Positions 18,120-28,005 of a stretch of 64,000 bases of DNA are shown piece after piece. Every line of letters begins with the position of its first letter. The stretch's first letter is position 1. The position numbers were made by a program, and so were the translations under genes. Source of the stretch: a virus; IMG/VR virus record IMGVR_UViG_3300001605_000008, positions 64,001-128,000 of that record; one strand, written 5' to 3'. The notes beneath the pieces are model-generated. The model was not told the origin of the DNA. It worked only from the letters and a program-made list of their open reading frames with translations, and ran no database searches.

Positions 18120-19874
18120 TCAAAGGAATCGTATGTCTAACACGTCTGTGGTTTCTGGAGCTTGAGCCAAGGTCAGTACATTGCCTGTTATGGTATAAGC
18201 TATGTTGGGTATCTGCACCACACCGTTGATGATCACCAGAGTAGCAGCCGCGGTGCTGGCGCGATCCAGGGCAAATATCGCAGTGCTGCCGTCACCTGTT
18301 ATCACTTGATTTGTGACATTGGCCGCTATGTCTTCCCATCCTGTGCCATCATAGATCTCTAATCGCACAGAATCAACGTTGAATCTCACGGTTCCGGTGG
18401 TGGCCGGGCTGGGCCTCTGACTGGTGTTGCCCACGGGCAGTACCAATCCAGTCACGGTGTCTATCACTGCCAGTCCCAATCCCGTGGGATCTAAAGTGAT
18501 ATTACCGTCGGTGAGAACCGTAGATATCGTGGTGTTGGCCACTGTTAAATTGCCCAGGCTTACGTTGCCTGCGCTGGAAAAATTAGCTGCTGTGATGTTA
18601 CCTGCGGCAGAGATATCTCCACCGGTATTGATGTTGCCACCTGTGATATTACCCGTTGCTGTAACTTGTCCTGCTGTGGTTAGATTACCACCTGTGACAT
18701 TGCCGGTTGCACTCACAAATAAATTTGCTGTTAGACTTTCTACCTGGAGATTTCCACCAGATATCAGATTGCCAAGATCAATATTACCCACAACAATATC
18801 GTTGAACACCCCAATATTGCCCTCAACATTGCCCAGTGTGACTAGATTGCCACCCGTGACGTTGCCTGTTGCTGTGACCGCACCGGCTGTGGTTAGGTTG
18901 CCACCTGTGACATTACCTGTAGCAGAAACCACACCTACTGTGTTGATGTTACCACCCGTGACATTGCCTGTGGCTGTGATCTGGCCTGCGGTGTTGATGT
19001 TACCACCCGTGACGTTGCCTGTGGCTGTAACAACACCTGTTGTGGTTACATTACCACCTATAACATTGCCTGTGGCTGATAACGTAACACCTTGTACTAG
19101 ATCTTGGGAAATCACATTTCCGCCCGTGACATTCCCTGTAGCAGAAATATCTCCACTGGTATTGATGTTACCACCTGTGACATTGCCGGTAGCTGTGACA
19201 ACTCCCCCAGTGGTTAGGTTACCACCTGTGACGTTGCCCGTGGCGGTGACTTGTCCTGCTGTGGTTAAGTTGCCACCTGTGACATTGCCGGTAGCCGAAA
19301 CTGTACCGTTGGTGCCGAGATTACCAACATTGGCTGTAAAAGTTATTGATGCTGTGTTGGAAAATATATTTCCGGTATTGAGATTTTCTGAATCAACGTT
19401 GCCCGTGGCCGACACATCGCCGCTGACTTCTAGATTTCCACCTGTGATGTTGCCCCCAGCCGACATTTCTCCGCTCGGTGAATAGATTTCCACCTATCAC
19501 ATTGCCCACAGCACTGACATATGTGTTGGCGGTAAGGCGTTTCTACCTGGAGATTACCCCCCACCAATGAGATTACCGATGTCAATGTTGCCCACCACAA
19601 TGTCTTCAAAATTACCAACATTTCCTGCGATATTGCCTAGAGCCGAAATATCTCCTGCGGTTTCAAGGTTACCTGCTTCTAGAGTGTTGGCTATGTTGCA
19701 ATTGCCGTTGACTGTGAGTGTGTGCGTGGCCACAGCGGTGTTGATAGCCACGTTGCCGTTGATGACATCAACAAAAAGCACATCGCTTGAGAGGGTGCTG
19801 CTTTGGAAAGATAGATTAGATCCCCGGACCAAGTTGCCCGAAAGTATGTTTCCACGTATGAAATTAATGGCCAT
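18120..19874 (-). CDS. Second repeat fibre protein (~583 aa), split in the ORF track by three 1-nt insertions
   Basis: ORFs 19554-19874 and 18120-19493 share a frame; removing single bases near 19560, 19539 and 19475 gives ..GNLQVESLTANTYVSAVGNVIGGNLFTSGEMSAGG.., matching the internal repeat GNLQVESLTANLFVSATG. Confidence 0.75.
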
Positions 19875-19901
19875 TGATGTATCCCTTAGGGATATTTATG
19901 G

Positions 19902-20300
19902 CTAGGTAGTGCTGTGTATCACCGAGATGGGTTCGCCTGCAGGTGGTGGTGAGGTGAAAGTTATGGTGATGGTGCCGTTGACCGTGTAGGCAGTGCTGGG
20001 ATCCTGGTATATTGATCCCACAAAAACTATGATCTGCTGGGGATCTGACTCAATTTCGCTCATGTTGAAATCAGTGGTGCTGCCATCCCCGGTAAAGCTG
20101 TCCACGGTATAGGTCAAGCTGCCCCCGGCACTGACCGACTGGAACACAGTACCATTGAAAAATTCCAGCAAGCCGATATCTACGTTGTAGCGGAACTGAC
20201 CAAACACCGGAGCTTCGGGCCTCTGGGCACTGGAGCCAAAAGGCACACGTATAGCAGTGCTGCCAGTGGTGATCGCGGTGTTTTTGGCTAGTCTGGCCAT
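19902..20300 (-). CDS. Small virion protein sharing the fibre C-terminal module
   Basis: VPFGSSAQRP..GQFRYN..LEFFNG plus FTGDGSTTDF Ig-like domain. Confidence 0.65.
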   Translation of the reverse strand: MARLAKNTAITTGSTAIRVPFGSSAQRPEAPVFGQFRYNVDIGLLEFFNGTVFQSVSAGGSLTYTVDSFTGDGSTTDFNMSEIESDPQQIIVFVGSIYQDPSTAYTVNGTITITFTSPPPAGEPISVIHSTT

Positions 20301-20307
20301 TGCAAGA

Positions 20308-20622
20308 TCAGATGCTGTAGGAGCTGACAGTCACAGTGACTGCGCTGGAGTTGCTGCAGGCCACTACCAAGACATCGGTGCTGTCCAAGATGATTTTTTC
20401 TGTGTCCAGAACCAAGGTATCGTTGGCACCTATCAGATAGCCGCTGTACAGCGCATTGCTGTTGCCAGCTGCTGTGGAGTTTCCGGCTATGGCATGCATG
20501 TCAACCGTGACATTGCCTGCTGTGTAGTTGCAGAGATACACCGTGGATATCACGGTCTGTGATCCAGCAGTGAAAACTGTTGTAGGGTTGGTTGAAGTTA
20601 ATTCTGTTGACGTTATCGCCAT
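20308..20622 (-). CDS. Hypothetical beta-rich virion protein
   Basis: 104-aa Ser/Thr/Ala-rich ORF with SD, within the structural operon. Confidence 0.6.
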   Translation of the reverse strand: MAITSTELTSTNPTTVFTAGSQTVISTVYLCNYTAGNVTVDMHAIAGNSTAAGNSNALYSGYLIGANDTLVLDTEKIILDSTDVLVVACSNSSAVTVTVSSYSI

Positions 20623-20631
20623 ATCAAATCC

Positions 20632-21243
20632 TTAAAGTATGAGGCCAAAGACTATGGCTTTGGATTTATTCACCAGCTCACCATCCGTGGCCAAGGTTTT
20701 GGCATAGACTCCGGTACCGCCGCCACCTACGCTGTTGTGATACAAGGCCACTGAATTGGCCACTGCTGTGGCAGGACTGCCTATGTTGCCCAAAACTTGT
20801 GTGCCTGTGAGTGACAGCACTGCGTTGGCAGAATCAAACAAAAAGTTAGCATTACCGGTAAACACATTGCCACTGTTGAACTGTACTGAATTGCCTGGAG
20901 CACCCGGTGACACGATAGAAGCCGTGGTAGCGATGGCTGTATAAGAGGCTGTGTTGGCCGCACCATTAGCATAGACACTGGTGCTGATCTCCCACTCGTT
21001 TGTGACAGTGTTGAATCTCAGTCCAGCATAGCTGGTGTTGGCTATCTTGGTAGCCAGCAAACCCATGCTGGTCACAGTGCCGTTGTTGTTGGCAGCCACA
21101 GCGATAAAAGCATCATTGACCGCGATCTCGCTGACATAAGTGATATTGCCCGACACGTCCAAGCTGCCGTTGATGTATATCACGCCAAATCCGTCGTCTA
21201 CGGTAATATACCAGTCATCGTTGATGTTTTTGTAGGTGGCCAT
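20632..21243 (-). CDS. Hypothetical fibre-related virion protein
   Basis: Contains APGNSVQFNSGNVFTGNANFLFD, similar to the fibre's AAGANTQVQFNNNDLLGASANFTFN. Confidence 0.6.
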   Translation of the reverse strand: MATYKNINDDWYITVDDGFGVIYINGSLDVSGNITYVSEIAVNDAFIAVAANNNGTVTSMGLLATKIANTSYAGLRFNTVTNEWEISTSVYANGAANTASYTAIATTASIVSPGAPGNSVQFNSGNVFTGNANFLFDSANAVLSLTGTQVLGNIGSPATAVANSVALYHNSVGGGGTGVYAKTLATDGELVNKSKAIVFGLIL

Positions 21244-21825
21244 CTATAGATCCTCACCTGTATTTAGCCGTAGCACAAAGTCTGCGATGGCCATCTGTGC
21301 GAGATTGCGTATGTTTGCAAATTCTGGTATTGGGGCCGTGGTATCTCCGTGGACCCTGATGAACTGACGATCCCCAAATGCCTGGCAGATCTGGCAGATC
21401 TGGCGTATCCAGTTACCGGTATAGGTGGGTTCGGCCACACTGGGCTTGTAGTGCGGGGTGTCAGCATAGATGTTGTTGAATCTATGGTTCACTGGCCCCA
21501 TGTCAAATCCCAGGAGATACATGCGCTGATTACCGTCTTGTGCGGCGATACTGAGAGCCACGGGACCCGAACTGAATCCACGATAGGTCTGATCGATCAT
21601 CTGGGCGCCAGATCCAGGCAAAGGACGTCGCGTGTAAAATCTATTGGTCAGCGCATAACCTGATTCCTGTATCTCTTCGGCGATCTTGGTGTCCGTAGCC
21701 ACCAACGCCAAGGGCTGATGCGTGCGATACAGGGCATTGCAACCGTACACAGCGCCGCGAGAGATCATGAGATCCACTGATATCTCTTGCCTGCTCACAC
21801 CATTGCCTAGAACAAATGCTGCCAT
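21244..21825 (-). CDS. Maf/DUF115 (MptE-like, GT29-fold-like) protein
   Basis: N-terminal AFVLGNGVSR, YGCNALYR, LVATD, YLLGFD motifs. Confidence 0.55.
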   Translation of the reverse strand: MAAFVLGNGVSRQEISVDLMISRGAVYGCNALYRTHQPLALVATDTKIAEEIQESGYALTNRFYTRRPLPGSGAQMIDQTYRGFSSGPVALSIAAQDGNQRMYLLGFDMGPVNHRFNNIYADTPHYKPSVAEPTYTGNWIRQICQICQAFGDRQFIRVHGDTTAPIPEFANIRNLAQMAIADFVLRLNTGEDL

Positions 21826-21858
21826 AAAAAAATCCTCTCAGTAGTTAGCCGAGAGGAT
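21826..21858 (-). terminator. Rho-independent terminator
   Basis: 8-bp stem ATCCTCTC/GAGAGGAT followed by a 7-T run on the minus strand. Confidence 0.7.
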
Positions 21859-21880
21859 CACAGAGGGAAACAATCTATGC

Positions 21881-22450
21881 TTAGGTGTTGTTTTCGATCA
21901 AGCCCAGGGTAACGATATTCTGTTGTCCCGCGGTGTTGGCCTGATTGCGTGTACCGGATTTCTGTGTAGTTGATCCACCATCAAAGAAGTTGGACACATA
22001 GCGTATGCGTTGTACCACGGCAGCGGCCGAGTAAGTAGAGCCACCGGTATAGTCCAGAGCATACTTGTTGGTGAGTTTGGAAACACGCTTGGGTGTTGAA
22101 TCACCTTCGTCCAGAGTGATGGTCATGGTGTTGGCAGTAAGCGCACCATCAGCTAGATCAGCCAGGGTGCAGATACCGGTGTTGGTGCCGTCTGTGACGA
22201 GATATTTGATTGAACCTTTCTGGCGGATGATAGATCCGTCAGCTTCGGCGTTGGCACCAATCTTCACACGGATCTTTACCGTGGGATAAGCAGCAGTGGC
22301 CAGGGTGCCGGCGCTGTCGTTGCCACCCACCACGCCAAAGAATTCTGACGCTGTCATGGTGTTGGGAAACACAGGTACTTCTACGGCATTGAACGAATTG
22401 AAACCAATATCCTTGGTCAGGGTTTTTTTGATTTTCAAGGGACGACCCAT
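21881..22450 (-). CDS. Putative virion structural protein (MGRPLK...)
   Basis: Start revised to ATG 22450 behind AGGAGA SD; own late promoter and terminator suggest high expression. Confidence 0.65.
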   Translation of the reverse strand: MGRPLKIKKTLTKDIGFNSFNAVEVPVFPNTMTASEFFGVVGGNDSAGTLATAAYPTVKIRVKIGANAEADGSIIRQKGSIKYLVTDGTNTGICTLADLADGALTANTMTITLDEGDSTPKRVSKLTNKYALDYTGGSTYSAAAVVQRIRYVSNFFDGGSTTQKSGTRNQANTAGQQNIVTLGLIENNT

Positions 22451-22542
22451 TTTATTTCTCCTATAAAGAAGTCCGATGCAGGTTCTAGCTGCTACGCGGG
22501 GGGTTAGCACCGCATAAAACGCAGGATTGCGTTGTGTAAGAG
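22451..22542 (-). ncRNA. Candidate structured 5' leader RNA
   Basis: Three consecutive hairpins between TAAATA (22543-22548) and the SD. Confidence 0.4.
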
Positions 22543-22589
22543 TATTTAGCAAAATTTCGCAATGTAATATCTGCAGTTTAAATATGGCC

Positions 22590-23732
22590 ATGAACATACA
22601 AGAACTCATAGCCTTGGGCAATCAGTATCGCGAGCTCAGGAAACCCGAATCAGCCCTGGCCTGTTACATCCAGGCCATTGGTCAGGAACACCACAATCCA
22701 CATGCCTGGAACAACTACGGCAATGTGATACGTGAGATGGGCTACCCCGATCGTGCTGTGCCTTTCTTGCAACAAGCTGCATTGATAGATCCCACCAATG
22801 TCACTGCTAGATTTAATCTGGCCGTGAGCTATCTCCTGATGGGCGACTACGAACGCGGTTGGCCTGCCTATGAAGCACGCTGGCAGTACGAGCATCTCCA
22901 GGGATCGTTTCCTGTGTGGCCCCGACTCTGGCACGGGGAAGACATACAGGACAAAACCGTATTGGTATGGGGTGAACAGGGCCTGGGAGACAACATCCAG
23001 TTCCTGAGATTCTGCCTGGCGCTGCGAGCCCGGGGAGCTCGTGTGCGCATGCAGGTACCCGGACAGATCATGAGCTTGCTGGGCGGCGATGCCATAGAAC
23101 ACGTAAGCTGTCTAGGTGACGCCCCACCTGACTATGACTACTGGGTGCCTATCATGAGCATACCGCAACATCTAAACGTGACCTTGGCGAATCTGCCAGC
23201 ACCCTTGGGCTACATACAGCCCAGCAGAGATCTGCAGCAGATCTGGCAGGTTCGCCTGGGCCACAAACGCCGGGTGAGAGTGGGATTTTCCTGGAGTGGT
23301 CGTAGAGATTCTTGGATCAATCAGCACAAGTCTGTGCCGTTTGGGGAGATCGCTAGCTTGATACAGCGCTGTCCCCAGTATCAGTGGGTGAATCTACAGG
23401 TAGACTGCACCCCAGAAGAACAACAAAGATTAGCAGAGCTAGGCTGTGAAGCCTGGCCCGGTGCTATACAATGCATGGCCGACACCGCGGCCCTGATCTC
23501 TCTCATGGATGTGGTAGTATCAGTAGACACTGCTGTGAGCCATCTTTCAGGAGCCCTGGGGCAGGCCACATGGATCATGCTGAATCAATACGCCGTGGAC
23601 TGGCGATGGCTGCTGGATCGGGCTGATTCTCCTTGGTATCCCACGGCCCGACTGTTCCGGCAGCCCCAACAAGACGACTGGATCTCGGTCACACAAGAGA
23701 TTGAACGCAATTTAAAGCTGTTCAAGATCTAG
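22590..23732 (+). CDS. TPR-repeat glycosyltransferase (GT9/heptosyltransferase-like catalytic domain)
   Basis: TPRs (AWNNYGNVIREMG, ARFNLAVSYLLMGDYERGW..YEARW), then EQGLGDNIQFLRF, RVGFSWSG, DTAALISLMDVVVSVDTAVSHLSGALG. Start 22584 or 22590. Confidence 0.85.
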   Translation: MNIQELIALGNQYRELRKPESALACYIQAIGQEHHNPHAWNNYGNVIREMGYPDRAVPFLQQAALIDPTNVTARFNLAVSYLLMGDYERGWPAYEARWQYEHLQGSFPVWPRLWHGEDIQDKTVLVWGEQGLGDNIQFLRFCLALRARGARVRMQVPGQIMSLLGGDAIEHVSCLGDAPPDYDYWVPIMSIPQHLNVTLANLPAPLGYIQPSRDLQQIWQVRLGHKRRVRVGFSWSGRRDSWINQHKSVPFGEIASLIQRCPQYQWVNLQVDCTPEEQQRLAELGCEAWPGAIQCMADTAALISLMDVVVSVDTAVSHLSGALGQATWIMLNQYAVDWRWLLDRADSPWYPTARLFRQPQQDDWISVTQEIERNLKLFKI

Positions 23733-24439
23733 TGTTGCGGAACTGTGCCACACGCTGCAGGAGATCCAGGGAGTCGTCGGGTATCTGCCACTGGCGCTGA
23801 TACCAATATACCCATGTCGGTGTCGCAACAGTGTTTGACTGGAACATGTAGTTGGAGTTGTCAGTGGTAGCGGTTTCGGTGAGTCTACGCAGAAAAACAC
23901 ATAGATCAGAAAAGGTATACCTCGGGCACCACCGTTCAACCGCAGATCCCTGGATCACATAAGTGGCCTGGGGTGATGTATAGTTTAGCAGCCAAGGATC
24001 CATGTCACGTGCGCCCAGATCTGTTTCAGTGCGTCCTGTGCGCTCTACACCAAAACTGTTGAAGCTGTTGGAGTTTTCCTGGCGAACCACCACCCAGGCA
24101 CCGGTGATAATGATCTGACAGGCGTCTGCGGGGGTACACAACATGAGTGCTGGGATCTGTGTATGCAGTGAGCTCAGATCCACCGGGTATTGACCAGGCC
24201 TGTGCTTGTAAACGTAGAGTGCCAGCTGATATGGGATGTCCCGGAGGCGGTGGTGCACCATAGGAGAACTGTCCAGGATAGGCCTGATTGGGCCAGCTCA
24301 GGCTCGCACCAAATGTTGCACCGTCGTTGTAGCCGGCTTGGCTAAACTGCCAGGCACCGGATTCCACCACCTCAAGACCAGTTGATGCTGTGAGTGCAGC
24401 AACACCAGAAAATTCCGGGGGAGTGATGAATTCAGGCAT
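23722..24439 (-). CDS. Orphan hypothetical protein, probably one gene split by a 1-nt insertion near 24250
   Basis: ORFs 24026-24439 and 23722-24261 overlap with a +1 frame offset like the other errors; own TAAATA at 24444-24449. Confidence 0.45.
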
Positions 24440-24454
24440 GTTGTATTTAACTGA

Positions 24455-24835
24455 TCACTGGGGAGAAAATGTCATCTCAATGGTGCCACCTGACTCAAAT
24501 CCATTCCACGGCACTACAGTGGCACCGCCGTTGGTGACCTGGTGATATGCTGTGTTGTTCACAGTGGCGTCGAGGCGGATGCTTTGATCCGCAGCTGCCT
24601 GCCAGCCACGATCCATGTAAACACCGGCTTCAGGACCAAACGCCACGGATCCTTGCATGTACCAGACGTCGGGGGTTTGCCAGAATTTCAGGGCTAGAGT
24701 GTTGTTGACTTCCGCAGTGCTCCAGGTCCATGAGTCAGTGGGGGCGATGGTGGTGAGGTCACCTGAATTGTTGCGGGTCGCAGTGATGTTGTAGGCTGTG
24801 TGGTTGGTGATGGTGAGTTGGGCGCTCCAGGTCAT
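24455..24835 (-). CDS. Orphan beta-sandwich-like hypothetical protein
   Basis: 126 aa, GAGGA SD, TAAATA at 24860-24865. Confidence 0.6.
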   Translation of the reverse strand: MTWSAQLTITNHTAYNITATRNNSGDLTTIAPTDSWTWSTAEVNNTLALKFWQTPDVWYMQGSVAFGPEAGVYMDRGWQAAADQSIRLDATVNNTAYHQVTNGGATVVPWNGFESGGTIEMTFSPQ

Positions 24836-25557
24836 GGTGATATCCTCGGGGTATAAGGGTATTTACCTGGGGCTTGTTGACAGTTTGGGCCGTGTCCATA
24901 CATTTTAAAATGACTTGCTCGCATCGTTTTACCGCATACTTCACAAGTCATCTCGACTTTATTACGCTGTTTGGTTTCACGTAAAATTGCTTTTTGTTCT
25001 TCGCTCATGGGCACACCTTTGTTAGCAGGTGTTTTTCCTTTGTTGGCTTTACCAATTTTTGCTGCACGTTCAGGAGTACAACCTTTACCATACATTGGAT
25101 TGTTTTTGCCAGATTTTAATTTAGACATTAAAGCTCGATATTCATCTGTTCTGGGAGGTTTTTTCTTTCCTATGTTTCCTTGGCGAATTTTTTCTTTGTG
25201 TTCTTCGCTTTTGGCTTTGCCTTTGTGAAATTCACTGATCTTCTTGCGGCTTTCTTCTGTGGGCACAATGTATCCTGCTACATTTTGATTGATCCACCGG
25301 TCATCGTGCAACACTTTACAGCGGCGTAGCACTCTAGTCTCCCAGGCCACTGCTTGCTCTTTGGTTTCAAACACACGGCGAATCTCAATATCAAAACTGT
25401 CTGCACCTGTTTCTTCAATCAACTGCTGTACCTTTGGGCTACTGGTGAAATAATGCTGCCAGAGGTCTTCCTTGGGATCTACTCGGTTAGCGGCACGCAT
25501 GCCATAATACACACGATTAGTTGGACGATGTTTGATTAGATAGGTATATGGTTTCAT
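24832..25557 (-). mobile_element. Free-standing GIY-YIG-type homing endonuclease with NUMOD3 repeats (Seg-like)
   Basis: Start revised to MKPYTYLIKH..RVYYGMR; SEEHKEKI / SEEQKAIL NUMOD3-like motifs; C-terminal CxxC..H..C. Confidence 0.75.
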
Positions 25558-25615
25558 ACTCCTATTTATGCCTGTACCGCAATTTCGCCAACATAATAAA
25601 AATATTTTACCCAAC

Positions 25616-25641
25616 AAAAAACCCACCGAAGTGGGTTTTTT
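25616..25641. terminator. Bidirectional terminator after the major capsid gene (cUUCGg loop)
   Basis: AAAAAACCCAC-CGAA-GTGGGTTTTTT; minus strand gives a TTCG tetraloop. Confidence 0.9.
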
Positions 25642-25665
25642 GATTTTGTCGAACAACTTCTCGGT

Positions 25666-26883
25666 TTAGGAGAATGACAAGTTTTGCACAGCTATCTCGC
25701 CCACGTAGTCGCCAGCATTGCCAAACGAACTGGCAGTGTTGGTCAATTCTATGTAGCCATATCTCGTCATAAAAGACACGACTGGTTCGAATGTTGACGG
25801 ATCCAGCACAACACCAGAGCTCATGAGAGGGATATAAGGGCAATAGAACGCGGCAGCATCTGCCTCGCTAGAACCTTTGTATCCAACCAGGACTGGTGTT
25901 GAATCTGAAGCATACGAGTCAACAAACACACGCATAGCGCCGTTGAGTGTGCCAACAAACTTGGTGTTTGTGGGTGCTTCAAAGGTGCCTTCCGTGGTGC
26001 GAGCAAACGCGGAAGTTGTTGCACTCTGGAGCACAGTCAACGAAGCAGGCGAAACCACTGCCCAGTTACCAGCACCGCGACGTGTGCGCTGTGCGATCAG
26101 GTTGGCAACACGGTTGATGAGAACAGCAAGAGCAGCGTGCTCGTCACCAACGAATGTGGCTGTACCTGACACTGTGGCCTGGTTGTAAGTGAACTCTGTC
26201 TGTGCCAAGCTGCGCAGTGACAAGAGGATCTCTTGGTCGATCTCAGCAGTGATCTCTTGTGCGAGAGCTGCCATGATCTCAGCTTCGACGTCAATGCCAT
26301 GCATGGCTTGTGCGTCTTGGGCTGCTTCAAACGTCCAGCGAGCTTGCAGCTTACGTGTTTTGGCTTCCACTGCTTGCTTGAGGATCTGCACGGAGATCTG
26401 ACGTCCGCCATTGCCTTCAAGTGTTGCTGTGGGTGAACCAGCGTAGCCTTGGGCTGCTGTTTGTGTTGTTGCTGCGTTGTCAGCACCACGTGCGCCTGCG
26501 GAGTATGCTACAGCGATCTTGAACGGTGACAAGGCTTCTTCACCAGCCACAACCGAAGTTGCTGCTGCTGTTTGGTCTGTCATGGTAGATGCATAGCGAA
26601 CACGCAGAGTGTGGATCTGACCAACAGGACCGGTCATGGGCTGTACACCAACCAGCTCATTGGCGATAACTGTGGGCATAACACGTCGGATCACCGGCAG
26701 GATCACACGGTTAAGTGTGGCGATGTTGCCGGAGACTGTGGAACCTGGACTAGCGTTCTCTTTCAGGTACTTGCGGGTGTTCTCGAGGATCACACCCATG
26801 GTGTTGCGGCGTGAACCTTTGAGGCCTTCCATCAAGGCTTCTTTGGTTTCGTCCCAACGGCTTTCGAGTAGTTCTTGTGACAT
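25666..26883 (-). CDS. gp23: Major capsid protein, T4 gp23-like
   Basis: VIRRVMPTVIANELVGVQPMTGPVGQIHTLR, VEAKTRKLQARWTFEAAQD, AAFYCPYIPL, FMTRYG. Confidence 0.95.
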   Translation of the reverse strand: MSQELLESRWDETKEALMEGLKGSRRNTMGVILENTRKYLKENASPGSTVSGNIATLNRVILPVIRRVMPTVIANELVGVQPMTGPVGQIHTLRVRYASTMTDQTAAATSVVAGEEALSPFKIAVAYSAGARGADNAATTQTAAQGYAGSPTATLEGNGGRQISVQILKQAVEAKTRKLQARWTFEAAQDAQAMHGIDVEAEIMAALAQEITAEIDQEILLSLRSLAQTEFTYNQATVSGTATFVGDEHAALAVLINRVANLIAQRTRRGAGNWAVVSPASLTVLQSATTSAFARTTEGTFEAPTNTKFVGTLNGAMRVFVDSYASDSTPVLVGYKGSSEADAAAFYCPYIPLMSSGVVLDPSTFEPVVSFMTRYGYIELTNTASSFGNAGDYVGEIAVQNLSFS

Positions 26884-26902
26884 TTCTGTCTCCTTTGTTA
26901 TG

Positions 26903-27996
26903 TTACAATCCTGCCAGGCGCTTGATGTCGATCACATTGCTGCGATCTTCTTCCACTGCCTTGACATTTTTATCACCAGTCACTGCCACATGGCTTTCAG
27001 AGATCACCGATTTAGCTTTCACTGAACGGCCTTCTGCGAGAACGGCTGGTAGATACTTTTCAAAAGCGTTTTTCAAACGTGAAGTTTGTACGCTTTCGAG
27101 GAGGTTCTTCATGACTTCGCGCTTCTCTTGATTGAGAGGTGCGAGCAGTTCTTCCATGGCGCTTTCGCGCTGATTGGATTCACGTATCATGCGAATCTCA
27201 CGCTCTTTGCTTTCCACCAAGACCTGTGCTGATTCAGCGGCCTGGATGGATTCAGCTAACTGCTGATCTTTCTCAGCGATGGCCTGGCGCAAGCTGCGTA
27301 CTTCGGCATTTTCGTTGAGATGGGTAGACCCAAATTCCGCAGCGTAGGCTTCGAATATACGGCGTCCAAAGTTGTTTTCGCGTGCGTATCTTGATGTCTT
27401 CATGCAGTTGTGATAGTTCGGCTTTTAGATGCTGGCTAACAGCCTGGGTCATTTTTGCAGCGCTTTACGTTTTACAAAACGTCGACTTCAATGACTCAAG
27501 TTTGCCACGGGCTTCGCTTACCAGGCGTACCTTGGTCTCAACCAAGTCACGCTTGTCTTGTGCAAATTCCGTGATCTCACTGGCCAAGGCACGCACCTAC
27601 GAACTTCTCGAGCTTTTCGAGACTTTCATTGTGTGTGCGACGGTCTTTTCTCAGTTCGCCAATCTCTTCGGCCAATTTGGTGACCATGAAGTCGTTGAAC
27701 TTCGTGGCTGATTCCTTCATCTTGGCTTGGAAACGCACGCGATCTTCGGCCAGTTGTTGCTTTTCAGCAGCCACGGCCTGGATCTCTGAGGTGAGTCCTT
27801 CTGTTACCATGCGATCTAGGGCTTCAACCATCACTGTTTTGTCATGCTCATAGCGTTGTGCAAACTCTTCGCGGAGTTCTGCACGCACTTCTTCACGAGC
27901 TTCCGTGAGCTTGGCTTCCCAGGCTTCAGAAATCTCTTGACGAGTGTCCTCATTGATGAGGTCGCTATCTAGTAAAGGTTTGAGTGCATCAAACAT
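26903..27996 (-). CDS. gp22: Prohead scaffold/core protein gp22-like (reconstructed across ~5 single-base insertions)
   Basis: Coiled-coil acidic protein between protease and MCP; removing insertions near 27597, three near 27465-27485 and one near 27390 yields a continuous ..FVVRALASEITEFAQDKRDLVETKVRL..KSRFVKESAAKM..DIKIARENNFGRR.. Confidence 0.75.
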
Positions 27997-28005
27997 GTAT
28001 TTCTC

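Noticed and set aside
7103-19485. Long plus-strand ORFs rich in LPPVTLPVA (e.g. 11816-13444, 15224-17677, 18424-19485)
   Set aside because: Antisense shadows of the GNVTGG repeats; no RBS or promoter and no independent domain content.
9889-19874. Regular 51-bp repeats as a CRISPR array or DGR template
   Set aside because: Repeats are in-frame coding units without unique spacers; no cas gene or reverse transcriptase, and no adenine-specific VR/TR pair seen.
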